Of a stretch of 21,880 nt of DNA, positions 1-8,021 are shown piece by piece; position 1 is the stretch's first letter, and each line of letters starts with the position of its first letter. Where the stretch lies: the NCBI GenBank assembly GCA_043747615.1, contig JAYTOU010000034.1, forward strand, positions 1-21,880. The letters are read 5' to 3'. The notes beneath the pieces were generated by a model that was not told where the DNA came from, made no database searches, and was given only the letters and a program-made list of their open reading frames with translations. This DNA comes from Myxococcales bacterium (GTDB lineage Bacteria; Myxococcota_A; Polyangia; Polyangiales; Polyangiaceae). A program made the translations under genes and the position numbers.

Positions 1-132
1 GTCGCGCTCGGCATCGCGGAAGCACAGAAGGGGTTCCGTCGCGTGAAGGGGCACAAGGACATGCTCGTTCTCGTCGCCGCACTGAGACCCATCGCGAAGT
101 CGGTAGTAGCAGTCCAGAAGAAGGTCGCGTAA
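1..132 (+). CDS. IS256-family (Mutator-type DDE) transposase, C-terminal fragment (5' end outside window)
   Basis: Frame 1 reads VALGIAEAQKGFRRVKGHKDMLVLVAALRPIAKSVVAVQKKVA* (TAA 130-132). The EA(E/Q)KGFRR(V/I)KGH.D...LV.AL tail is characteristic of IS256 transposases. Confidence 0.8.
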   Translation, partial: VALGIAEAQKGFRRVKGHKDMLVLVAALRPIAKSVVAVQKKVA

Positions 133-188
133 GGAGTCGTTCACGCCGTCGCTGCTAAACGAAGTTCAACAGGGAACGGGGCATTCCC
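1..188 (+). mobile_element. Right end of an IS256-family insertion sequence (transposase 3' end plus terminal inverted repeat)
   Basis: Transposase-like C-terminus at 1-132, then ...GAAGTTCAACAGGGAACGGGGCATTCCC ending at 188, which resembles IS256-type termini. The neighbouring peptidase reading frame turns into unrelated sequence at this boundary. Confidence 0.8.
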
Positions 189-1345
189 GGCCCGGGATAC
201 CAGCGTAGCTTGTGCGGACCGTGGCCCCCGGCTTCATTCCTACGCCACTCAGGCAGACATCTGGCCCCACCATGGAACCCGTGACCCCAACGGTGAGACT
301 GGGCGGTGGGAGGGTTCCACCGTCCGCCACGGGGGCGGGAGCAACCTTGTCGATGAGTCCACACTTGGGGCTACCCAGCCCGGTTACTAGGTCATACCCA
401 GGACCGGCGGGGTAACCATTGTTGCCCGTTTGGATATCGTTGAAGGTCGTCGGATAGGCGCTCGTCTTGGCGATCGCATAGAAGAGCGGGTTGGCGAAGC
501 CCACCTGCCCTAGACCATTCGCCTTGCTCTGCTCGTTCATCATGGCCGTGAACCCTGCGAGAAGCGGAGCGGCGGCACTCGTACCTCCGCCACTTTGTCT
601 TTGCCCACTTATCCAAGTGAACAAGCCCGTCGATGGGAGAGCAACGTCTGGCAGGTTTCGATTCGTCGTCGAGACTTGACTGGAGGTGCGGGTCGTTAGC
701 CCTACTTGGTAGTACGGAATCGGAACGCTCGGTAACGGCCCGCCGCCGCTCCCCTGCCAGCCGCTTTCCGAACCGTAGGACGACCCGCTCATCTGCAATA
801 CCGTTCCGCCAACGTCGACGACGAAGTCATCGGCCCGAACGTCGTGGGGCTCCTCCACGTAACGCCCGCCACTTCCGCCCACCGCAAAATCGCCCGATGC
901 TACGAAGAATGACTGCCCCTGAACGGCGAACTCCAATTCCACTTGTTTTACGTTCGCGTCGGTCGGACCCCACCAAAACGAGTCCGTGATCTGATGGATG
1001 TCCGGGCGATTTGCGATCGCCATAAAGATACTCGCAAAGGCATTCTTGCCCTCAAAGACGACGACCTGTGACAACCCTGGCGTCATGGCGATTGCCATCT
1101 CGATGTCCATCGTCACCTCGGCAAACCCGCCCCCTTGGGAGCCCGGCGCTACACCTGTAAACTGCTCGAGCGAAAGGTACTTACGAAAGGTCGCACTGTC
1201 GGGGTCCGAAGCCTTGAGGGCGGCCCCTCTGAGGCCCAGCAGGTCCAAAACGGGCAAGCCTATGCCAAGCGGGATCGTCATCGTAGCGGGGAAGGGGAAG
1301 CTCGTGTTCTCGCCTTCACTCGGGATCACCGCCCCCGCGTGCCGC
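189..1345 (-). pseudogene. S53 (sedolisin/kumamolisin) peptidase, internally deleted and IS-interrupted
   Basis: Within ORF 166..1407: catalytic E-x3-D (EVTMDIE), oxyanion ASGD, nucleophile GGTSAAAP, Ca-site FNDIQTGNNG..AGPGYDLVTGLGSP. The pro-domain start (LGIGLP..DPDSATFRKYLSLEQF) is fused directly to the catalytic core, no signal peptide is seen, and the C-terminal extension is cut by the IS at 188/189. The 5' limit is approximate. Confidence 0.8.
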
Positions 1346-1469
1346 GCGCCGCATGGGTCGCAGCAGTTGAGCGGATATATCGTGCCGCCCGCTTCCGCGG
1401 CACCCAAGGTCGGCCTTCGGAACGCTTATGCGTCGTGCACCACGAGGATGGGCACTGGGGAATCGGTCG

Positions 1470-1763
1470 CCGTGGTCTCAACCGATGACTTCTACTCGGC
1501 GGACAATGCGGCGGACGTCGACACGCCGCCCGTGAACCGCGCGGAAGGGCGAGTGCTCCTCGAGATGCGCCACGCGATGGCGGAGTTTGCGCGCGCGAAT
1601 GCGCTGAACAAGAGCGTGCCGAAGCTCGTCCCGGGCGCGGGCACCCGGAGCGTGCTCGGCGCCAAGCGAAGCAACCTTGCGGCCACTGGCAAGGGGGCTG
1701 CGGTAACACGGGGCTGCGGCAACAGGGGCCGGGGCTGCGGCAACTGCGAACCTGGGCGCGTAA
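1470..1763 (+). pseudogene. 5'-truncated, frameshifted remnant of a hypothetical protein gene
   Basis: Protein-like segment FYSADNAADVDTPPVNRAEGRVLLEMRHAMAEFARANALNKSVPKLVPGAGTRSVLG with GC-rich third positions. The tail is built from a 21-bp unit with a 5-bp loss near 1709; restoring the frame gives ...GAAATGAGAAATANLGA* (TAA 1761-1763). No credible start; 5' limit approximate. Confidence 0.45.
1694..1744 (+). repeat. Three copies of GGGGCTGCGG(T/C)AAC (degenerate 21-bp tandem unit)
   Basis: Copies at 1694-1707, 1710-1723 and 1731-1744; periods of 16 and 21 bp. Confidence 0.85.
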
Positions 1764-1791
1764 CCCGGACATTTCTGCTAGCAAAGAGCCC

Positions 1792-2763
1792 ATGAAGGAC
1801 TCTCCGCCCGCCGATTCGTTTGCCGCGATGTTCGAGCAACAGGCGCGTCAGACGCCGCAGCGCCGTGACGTAAAGGTGGGCCAGCGCCTGGAGGTCGTCG
1901 TCGTCCAGATTGGTCGCGACGCCGTCTTCGTCGAGCTCGACGGCAAACGCCAAGCGTACCTCGACACCGCCGAGCTCCTCGGTCCCGACGGCGTCGTCGC
2001 CGTCAAAGTGGGGGACACCATCGCCGCGCACGTCGTGGAAGTCGACGAGCGCATTGGTCAGGTGCGCCTCGCCCGCTCGATGGGGAAGGCGAACAACGTC
2101 GGCGCGCTCGAGCAGGCGAAAGCCGCGTCGATCCCGGTCGAAGGCAAGGTGACCGCCGTGAACAAGGGCGGGCTGGAGGTCGATTTTTCAGGGACCCGCG
2201 CCTTCTGTCCGATGTCGCAGATCGACTCGAACTTCACCGAAGATCCGCAGGCCTTCGTCGGGCGCACGCTCCGCTTCCTCGTGAAAGAGATCCGCGAAGG
2301 CGGCAAGAGCGTCGTCGTTTCGCGGCGCGGTCTCCTCGAGCGTGAGGCGCGTGACGCCCAGGCAGGCCTGAAAGATCTGGGGACCACGGGCACGAAAGAG
2401 GAAGAGCCCAAGCCGCAAGGACCGGCGATCACCCCCGGTTCGGTGCACCAAGCGGTCGTCGATCGCATCGAGACGTACGGAGTGTTCGCTCAGATCGCAG
2501 GTACGAAGGGGCGTGAGGGTCGGGGCCTCATTCCGGCCGGCGAGCTCGGTGTTCCTCGCGGGACGGATTTGCGAAAAGCATTTCCGGAGGGGACCAAGGT
2601 CACCGTCACCGTCATGGAGACGACCGACGGCCGCATCCGCCTCTCCGTCAAAGGCGCAAAAGAAGCCGAAGAGCGCGCGCAGTTCACAGAAGCGCGCGAC
2701 AAAGCGGCTGCTCCCGTGACGCTCGGCACCTTCGGCGATCTGCTCAAGAAAAGCCTAAAATAG
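1792..2763 (+). CDS. S1 RNA-binding domain protein (short ribosomal protein bS1-like paralogue, three S1 domains)
   Basis: bS1-like N-terminal helix (DSFAAMFE); S1 domains VKVGQRLEVVVVQIGRDAVFVELDGK, VEGKVTAVNKGGLEVDFSGTRAFCPMSQID and GSVHQAVVDRIETYGVFAQ..RIRLSVK; bS1-type tail LGTFGDLLKKSL. Confidence 0.9.
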   Translation: MKDSPPADSFAAMFEQQARQTPQRRDVKVGQRLEVVVVQIGRDAVFVELDGKRQAYLDTAELLGPDGVVAVKVGDTIAAHVVEVDERIGQVRLARSMGKANNVGALEQAKAASIPVEGKVTAVNKGGLEVDFSGTRAFCPMSQIDSNFTEDPQAFVGRTLRFLVKEIREGGKSVVVSRRGLLEREARDAQAGLKDLGTTGTKEEEPKPQGPAITPGSVHQAVVDRIETYGVFAQIAGTKGREGRGLIPAGELGVPRGTDLRKAFPEGTKVTVTVMETTDGRIRLSVKGAKEAEERAQFTEARDKAAAPVTLGTFGDLLKKSLK

Positions 2764-2778
2764 CCGTCTCAGGGCCTC

Positions 2779-3093
2779 TTAGAGCAGCGAGACGTTCGAA
2801 ACCTCGCCCAGCTGGATGAGCTCGAGCACGCGCACCCCGCGGCCGTGGAGCGTCGAGGGATCGCAGCGAAGCTCCGCTCGGCCGGCGGGGTACGCCGCGT
2901 GAAATGTCTGCACCCGCGCGAGGATCGTGTCGTCCTCGAGCAGCGAGCGGCCGTCGATGATCACCGTTCCGTCTTGCGCGACCTGCACGACGAGCACCTC
3001 GGGGTCTTCGCTCGGTGCGGCGACAGAGCGCTTCGGAGCTTCCCTGTCGCACGCCGCGAGCGCGAAGACGAGCGCGCAGGTCGCGCAACGCAT
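2779..3093 (-). CDS. ExbD/TolR-like periplasmic-domain lipoprotein (104 aa)
   Basis: ATG at 3093 overlaps the upstream stop (TGATG); lipobox LAAC; LVVQVAQDGTVIIDG...AELRCDPSTLHGRGVRVLELIQLGEVSNVSL matches the ExbD/TolR C-terminal fold pattern. Confidence 0.7.
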   Translation of the reverse strand: MRCATCALVFALAACDREAPKRSVAAPSEDPEVLVVQVAQDGTVIIDGRSLLEDDTILARVQTFHAAYPAGRAELRCDPSTLHGRGVRVLELIQLGEVSNVSLL

Positions 3094-4031
3094 CACGGGT
3101 CGCCCAGATGACAATGCCCGATGAGCGGCATGTGATCGGAGAGCCCATGGAACGGCGACGTACGATCGCCGAAACGGTGGCTACCCGTGAAATCAAGCCA
3201 CTTGAGCGACGATCCGCTGAACACGTGATCGAGGTGCATCCGCAGCGCCATGAAGCCCGCGGTCGGCCAATCGAGGAGCGCGCCCTCGTCCATCTTTTGC
3301 ACTTCGGCGAACGCGTCGCGGTAGCCCGCTTGACCGACGAGGTAATTGTAGACGGGCGATCCAGGGAGAGCGTTGAAGTCACCCACCAAGATAAAGCGAT
3401 CGCTCGCGCACTCCTTGCGCACGAAGGTGACCAGATTCTTGGCCTCCTCGAGTTGATTCAGCCCGTACCCGAGGCGCGCGGGGCTGAGCCAAAACTCGCG
3501 CGACATCGTCGAGGGGAGACTCAAATGCGTGTTGAAGACGTCGATCGTCTTGGCGCCCCGGTAGCGAAAGCGCACGTGCGCGCAGATGCGCGTCTGCTTC
3601 AGACCACGAATGGGGTGGAGGTTCCGATGCGTGATGTCGACAGGCTCGCCCGCGTTGTGGTGATCGACCACCAAGAAATCTTTGTGAGCGAGGACCGCGA
3701 GCCCCGTCGTGTAAATCGGCGTCGCCTCTCCGACGCGGTACGAGTGCGCTGGGAAATAGTAGGCTTCGTAGCGATCGGTCTTTCCCGCGGCGTGAAGCGC
3801 GTGATCGAACGCATCCATCAAGCGACCGAGCTGCGTCTCCCCTACTTTCGTCGACGGATCGGCCAACGTGGAGCGGAACGAAGAGGTTTCGACCTCCTGA
3901 AGGCAAATCAGCCCAGGCAACGGATCGAGCCCGGCGAACGCCTTTGCGATCCGCGTCACCGCCTTGCGCGTGCTGGCGAGACCGCGCGTCGCGTGGCCAA
4001 AATAACGAACGTTGTACGAGAGCATGCGCAT
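3093..4031 (-). CDS. Endonuclease/exonuclease/phosphatase (EEP) family protein
   Basis: MRMLSYNV, LICLQEV, NTHL, GDFN, LDHVF and SDH motifs. Start placed at ATG 4031 rather than TTG 4067. Confidence 0.9.
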   Translation of the reverse strand: MRMLSYNVRYFGHATRGLASTRKAVTRIAKAFAGLDPLPGLICLQEVETSSFRSTLADPSTKVGETQLGRLMDAFDHALHAAGKTDRYEAYYFPAHSYRVGEATPIYTTGLAVLAHKDFLVVDHHNAGEPVDITHRNLHPIRGLKQTRICAHVRFRYRGAKTIDVFNTHLSLPSTMSREFWLSPARLGYGLNQLEEAKNLVTFVRKECASDRFILVGDFNALPGSPVYNYLVGQAGYRDAFAEVQKMDEGALLDWPTAGFMALRMHLDHVFSGSSLKWLDFTGSHRFGDRTSPFHGLSDHMPLIGHCHLGDP

Positions 4032-4187
4032 ACGGAGGAACGCTCGGACTACGCGAGCCTGAGACAATTTGCCATGCTCGTGGCAAATCGTAGCAAGACG
4101 CCTCGCGTTGAAGACTGCGCTGATGCTGATTTCAGCCGCAGCTGCCGAACTCTCGCTAGGACCATCGCTTGCTACCTTTTGCGCAAA

Positions 4188-4616
4188 ATGAGTGCACGTC
4201 CAAGACTACAGCCGCGCCGCCCTGGCGCATCTTTGTTGATCGTCGAAGACGATCCCGACGGACGGGCAGCCCTCGAGCGCCTTCTTCGATTTGCAGGCTA
4301 CGTCGTCACGAGCTGCGCGAACGGCGGCGAAGCACTGGCTCAACTGCGCGGCGGGATGAAGCTGCCCGATCTGATCCTGCTCGACTTGATGATGCCGGTC
4401 ATGGATGGAACCGCCTTCCGAGCCGAGCAGAAGCGAGACCTGGTCCTTGCGGCGATTCCGGTGGTCGCCGTTTCGGCCCAGGGAGATCTGAGGGCCACGG
4501 TGGACGCCGACGCCTACCTTCACAAGCCGCTCGAGTTCGACAGTCTGGTCGCCACGATCGATCGCATGCTTCCCGAGCGCCCCGGTGGCGTCGCGCAAGC
4601 CAGCGTAGACGACTGA
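4188..4616 (+). CDS. Single-domain response regulator (CheY-like receiver, 142 aa)
   Basis: LIVEDD, phospho-acceptor DLILLDLMMPVMDG, VVAVSA, YLHKP. True start is ATG 4188 inside the long ORF 3015..4616. Confidence 0.92.
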   Translation: MSARPRLQPRRPGASLLIVEDDPDGRAALERLLRFAGYVVTSCANGGEALAQLRGGMKLPDLILLDLMMPVMDGTAFRAEQKRDLVLAAIPVVAVSAQGDLRATVDADAYLHKPLEFDSLVATIDRMLPERPGGVAQASVDD

Positions 4617-4657
4617 GCGAATCCTGCCGCAGACGAAGCGGCTCGAAAAATCCGCCC

Positions 4658-4686
4658 TTGGCAGGCGGCGGGATGCTTTCTAATGT
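4658..4686 (+). promoter_or_regulatory. Sigma70-type promoter TTGGCA-N17-TAATGT
   Basis: -35 at 4658-4663 and -10 at 4681-4686 with 17-bp spacing; a GTG lies 7 nt downstream at 4694. Confidence 0.6.
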
Positions 4687-4693
4687 CTCTTCC

Positions 4694-4825
4694 GTGAAGA
4701 CCACTGCCGCCATTGCCCCTGCTCCGCGTGCAACGGAAAAGCCCGCGCCGACTTCCGCGGCCGAGCCGCAGGCCAAGCCCAAGGTCGTGGTCTCTCCTGC
4801 GATCCAGGCGATCGTGAAGCCGTGA
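4694..4825 (+). CDS. Small Ala/Pro/Lys-rich protein (43 aa)
   Basis: MKTTAAIAPAPRATEKPAPTSAAEPQAKPKVVVSPAIQAIVKP*. It starts at the predicted +1 of the promoter above, and its stop overlaps the next start (GTGA at 4822-4825). Confidence 0.5.
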   Translation: MKTTAAIAPAPRATEKPAPTSAAEPQAKPKVVVSPAIQAIVKP

Positions 4826-5400
4826 GGCACGCACTTCTCAGTCTCGTCGTTCTGTCTCTGGCGGCGTGCTCACGAGCGCACGAATCGGAACCGTCGCCTC
4901 CGGTGCCAAAGGCGGTGACCGTGAGCCTCGCGCCGACGATCGCGCCGCCAACCCCCGCCGCGGGTGAGCTCGCCTGGGACGCGCCCGCCACGTGGGCGAA
5001 GGCGTGGAGCCCGAGCCCGATGCGTAAGGCTACGTACACGATCCCCAAAGCCGCCAATGACAAGGACAACGGCGAGCTCACGGTGAGTGAGGTGGGCGGC
5101 GGGCTCGACGCCAACATCGAGCGCTGGGCCGGCCAGTTCGGAGGCGCGGAAGCCAAGCGCACCGAGCAAACGAACGGCGCGCTCAAGATCACCATCGTGG
5201 ATCTCCACGGCACGTACCGCGGCGGCATGCCGATGGGCCAAACCGGGGAAGGGCCTAAGGAGGGCTACGCGCTGCTTGCCGCCGTCGTCACCGATCCGAA
5301 GGGGGTGCTCACGTTCTTCAAGCTCGTCGGGCCGGCGAAGACACTCGCCGCCGCTCGCACGGACTTCGACAAGTTCGTCCGCAGCATCCGCCAGAGCTAG
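4822..5400 (+). CDS. Conserved hypothetical lipoprotein
   Basis: Signal peptide with lipobox LAAC; Pro-rich linker; globular part W.AP..W....SPMRKATY...GG..DANIERWAGQF...FFKLVGP..T. Confidence 0.85.
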   Translation: MRHALLSLVVLSLAACSRAHESEPSPPVPKAVTVSLAPTIAPPTPAAGELAWDAPATWAKAWSPSPMRKATYTIPKAANDKDNGELTVSEVGGGLDANIERWAGQFGGAEAKRTEQTNGALKITIVDLHGTYRGGMPMGQTGEGPKEGYALLAAVVTDPKGVLTFFKLVGPAKTLAAARTDFDKFVRSIRQS

Positions 5401-5559
5401 GGCTCGCGCGTCAGCGGTTGCTCAGCCAGGGGATCGGATCTTCAGGTGCGGCGCAACTCATGTGCCGTTTGGTGTAGCGAGCGCGGTGGGGATCGGCCAC
5501 TCCGAAAGTGGAAACCGCCGTGTCCGTTCTGGAAATTTGGCTGTCGCGTTGCGGAAAAA

Positions 5560-6264
5560 TCAGCTGCGACCGTAGATCGGCAAAGCTACCCCCGAAATAT
5601 CGCGCGCATCTTCCGAGAGGAGAAACGCGATCACCTTCGCCGCCGACTCCGTGGTGACCCACCGCGCGAAGTCCGCCTTCGGCATCGCCGCGCGGTTGGC
5701 GACGGTGTCGAGTGTGCTCGGCAGGACAGCATTGATACGAACGCCCGACTCGATCACCTCGGCCGCCACGGCTTGCGCCAGCGCGACCACCGCCGATTTT
5801 GCCGCCGTGTATGCTGCAGACGAAGCTCCGCTCCAGGGTCGCTCCACGTTTCGCGAGCCGATCACCACGATGCTCCCGTGCTTGCGCGCCACCATCCCGG
5901 GCACGAGCGCGCGAAACGAGCGATGCACGGTCTCGAGGTTTACCGCCAGCATCGTCTCCCACACTGCGTCGTCTTTATCTTCGTGGAGCGGCGCTCCGCC
6001 TTTCCACGTACCGGCTACCAACACTGCCTTTGTGATCGGAGCGAGATCCGCTTCGATACGCGGCACCAGCGCGTCCCACGCCGCGCGATCCGTGAGGTCG
6101 GCCTCGTAGGCCCGGGCGGCACCGCCCATACTCTTCACCAGAGCTTCCAGGGAGTCGCGGGATCTCGCGGTGTCTACCACCGCGCATTTTTCGCCGCGTG
6201 CAACGAGCTCGCGAACGACGGCCGATCCCAACGCACCCGCACCACCCGTCACCACGGTAGACAT
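5560..6264 (-). CDS. Short-chain dehydrogenase/reductase (classical SDR)
   Basis: VVTGGAGALG, YTAAK catalytic motif, VRINAVLPSTLDT. ATG 6264 preferred over 6276 because TATGCT lies 7 nt upstream. Confidence 0.93.
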   Translation of the reverse strand: MSTVVTGGAGALGSAVVRELVARGEKCAVVDTARSRDSLEALVKSMGGAARAYEADLTDRAAWDALVPRIEADLAPITKAVLVAGTWKGGAPLHEDKDDAVWETMLAVNLETVHRSFRALVPGMVARKHGSIVVIGSRNVERPWSGASSAAYTAAKSAVVALAQAVAAEVIESGVRINAVLPSTLDTVANRAAMPKADFARWVTTESAAKVIAFLLSEDARDISGVALPIYGRS

Positions 6265-6271
6265 GCCGGTG

Positions 6272-6367
6272 AGCATAGTCGTCAGCGCGGGAGCCGGGAC
6301 CGTTTCCGTACGGCGTGTGTGATCCGCTCGAAAAGCTGCCGCATTGGGCGCTTTTTGCGACTACCGT
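6272..6367. promoter_or_regulatory. Divergent -10 elements serving the SDR (TATGCT, minus strand) and the second EEP gene (TACCGT, plus strand)
   Basis: TATGCT at 6277-6272, 7 nt before ATG 6264; TACCGT at 6362-6367, 8 nt before ATG 6376; no Shine-Dalgarno motif at either start. Confidence 0.5.
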
Positions 6368-6375
6368 TCCCTCCC

Positions 6376-7203
6376 ATGCCGTTTCGCGTCGCAACGTTGA
6401 ACATCTGGAATCGGATGGGCCCGTGGGAAGAGCGTCTCGCGACCATTCGGGCGGGCGTGGCCTCGCTGGCTCCGGACATCCTGGCTCTTCAAGAGGTGAT
6501 CCAGATCAAGAATGCGCCGCATGCCCCCGGATCCAAGTCGTCCGCAGACGCCTTCGATCAATCTGCGCTCGTCGCCGAAGGCTTCGGTTACCACGTGGCC
6601 TTCGGGCGAAATTCCGAGAGCAAGTACCCGATGGGAAACGCCATCCTCTCCCGCTGGCCGATCCTGAGCACCCACGTTTTCCCTCTGCCGCGCGTTGAGA
6701 CCGATGAATACCGCAGCCTTCTTTTTGCGGAGATTGAGGCTCCGTTCGGCATTTTGCCTGTATTCTGCACTCACCTGAACTGGAAGCTCCACGAGGGCCA
6801 CGTGCGCGAAGTGCAGATCCGCTACATCACGGACCAGATCCGCGGCCTCTGCCCGATGGAGTCGTTTCCACCGCTCTTGCTCGGCGACATGAACGCCGAG
6901 CCGGACGCCGACGAGATGCGTTTCTTGCGCGGCCTTACCTCGCTCGGACAGACCAGCGTCTACTTTGCGGACACCTTCGGGGTCACCCGACCGGGATCTC
7001 CAGGCACCACGTTCTCGCGGAAGAATCCCTTCGCCAGCGTTCTTCGAGAGCCGGATCGCCGCATCGACTACGTCTTCGTGCGCGGCCCTGACGAGACGGG
7101 ACGCGGCGAGCCGCTCGACGCCCAGGTCTGTTTCGACGCGCCCCACGAAGGCAACTTCGCGAGCGATCACTTCGGGGTCATCGCCACCATCAGCACGGAG
7201 TGA
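6376..7203 (+). CDS. Endonuclease/exonuclease/phosphatase (EEP) family protein
   Basis: RVATLNIW, DILALQEV, GNAILSRWP, THLNW, GDMNAEP, RIDYVF, SDHFGV. True start is ATG 6376 inside ORF 5446..7203. Confidence 0.93.
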   Translation: MPFRVATLNIWNRMGPWEERLATIRAGVASLAPDILALQEVIQIKNAPHAPGSKSSADAFDQSALVAEGFGYHVAFGRNSESKYPMGNAILSRWPILSTHVFPLPRVETDEYRSLLFAEIEAPFGILPVFCTHLNWKLHEGHVREVQIRYITDQIRGLCPMESFPPLLLGDMNAEPDADEMRFLRGLTSLGQTSVYFADTFGVTRPGSPGTTFSRKNPFASVLREPDRRIDYVFVRGPDETGRGEPLDAQVCFDAPHEGNFASDHFGVIATISTE

Positions 7204-7210
7204 ACACGGC

Positions 7211-7876
7211 TCACGGTTCGCAAATGAAATGTACGACGGCGTCTTCGATGGTCGTCATGACATCGTCCTGCGTGACGGGCCCCTTCTTGGGAACCTTGAA
7301 CGAGTGATCGCCTCCGCGGACAGGAACCACGGTAGCCTTCGCGCCCAAGTTTTTCAGGTGCGGAGTTAGCTCGTCTGGCGAGCCGAACGGGTCGCGCGTG
7401 CCCTGGACGAACAGGGTTCGCACGTTGACCTTCGGCCAGTGCGCCGTGCGCAGCGTGTCGAGCTTTCCCGGCGGGTGTAGCGGATAGCCCAGGAAAATAA
7501 GCCCTCCAGCGCACGTCGGGTCCATCGCAAGGACCTGCGAAGCAATACGTCCTCCCATAGATTTACCGCCGACGAAGAGGTTCTTTGCCGGAGTCTGCGC
7601 GATCACCGCGCGCCAACAAGCTTCGAGAGCGTCACCGCGATCGGGGGCGCGTTTTTTTTTCTCCGTGTAGACGAAGTTGAACGTGAAGACGTCGATCCCG
7701 CGTTTTGCGAGTCCGCGGGCGATGGTCACCATGAACGGGTGGTGCTGATCGGCGCCCGCGCCGTGGGCGAGAATGAGCGACCCCGTTGGCAAATCGGCAC
7801 GGTAGTGAAGGCGGGTGATCGCCTCGCCGGGACCAACTTCGATCGCCGCGCGTTCGGGTTTCATCACTTCGTTCAT
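7211..7876 (-). CDS. Alpha/beta hydrolase (KANSL3/dienelactone-hydrolase-like)
   Basis: LAHGAGA, nucleophile elbow GGKSMGGR, LGYPLHPPGK, QGTRDPFG (Asp), GGDHSF (His). Confidence 0.92.
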   Translation of the reverse strand: MNEVMKPERAAIEVGPGEAITRLHYRADLPTGSLILAHGAGADQHHPFMVTIARGLAKRGIDVFTFNFVYTEKKKRAPDRGDALEACWRAVIAQTPAKNLFVGGKSMGGRIASQVLAMDPTCAGGLIFLGYPLHPPGKLDTLRTAHWPKVNVRTLFVQGTRDPFGSPDELTPHLKNLGAKATVVPVRGGDHSFKVPKKGPVTQDDVMTTIEDAVVHFICEP

Positions 7877-7986
7877 CGCCCCTTAGTGTCGCAGATGACG
7901 CCGTCCTGTACATCCGTGCAGTCGCTTCGCACGCGGGCACGGGCTCCCCAAGGTCGCCTAGGCCGAGGTGCGTAAAACACGGCCAA

Positions 7987-8015
7987 TTGACATCGGGGCG
8001 CCCGCATACAAAGAC
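7987..8015 (+). promoter_or_regulatory. Candidate promoter of the lipid operon
   Basis: Perfect TTGACA at 7987-7992; the weak -10 (AAAGAC at N17) would put +1 near GTG 8022. Confidence 0.4.
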
Positions 8016-8021
8016 GCCGCA

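Noticed and set aside
1694..1744. Mini-CRISPR array
   Set aside because: 14-bp repeats with 2- and 7-bp gaps, no cas genes; better explained as a coding tandem repeat.
1792..2763. Canonical rpsA
   Set aside because: Only three S1 domains in 323 aa, and no cmk/ihfB context.
3015..4187. Long N-terminal extension of ORF 3015..4616 (apparent 533-aa hybrid regulator)
   Set aside because: It is the antisense shadow of the EEP gene; only 4188-4616 has receiver motifs.
5411..5461. 16-aa minus-strand ORF MSCAAPEDPIPWLSNR
   Set aside because: Too short, with no convincing promoter or SD, and no modifying enzymes nearby to suggest a RiPP precursor.
5446..6375. N-terminal half of ORF 5446..7203 (585 aa)
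   Set aside because: Antisense shadow of the SDR; the EEP motifs begin at ATG 6376.
3093..7203. Two EEP genes as a nuclease-based defence system or recent duplication
   Set aside because: They are divergent in sequence, in separate transcription units, with no defence-type partner genes.
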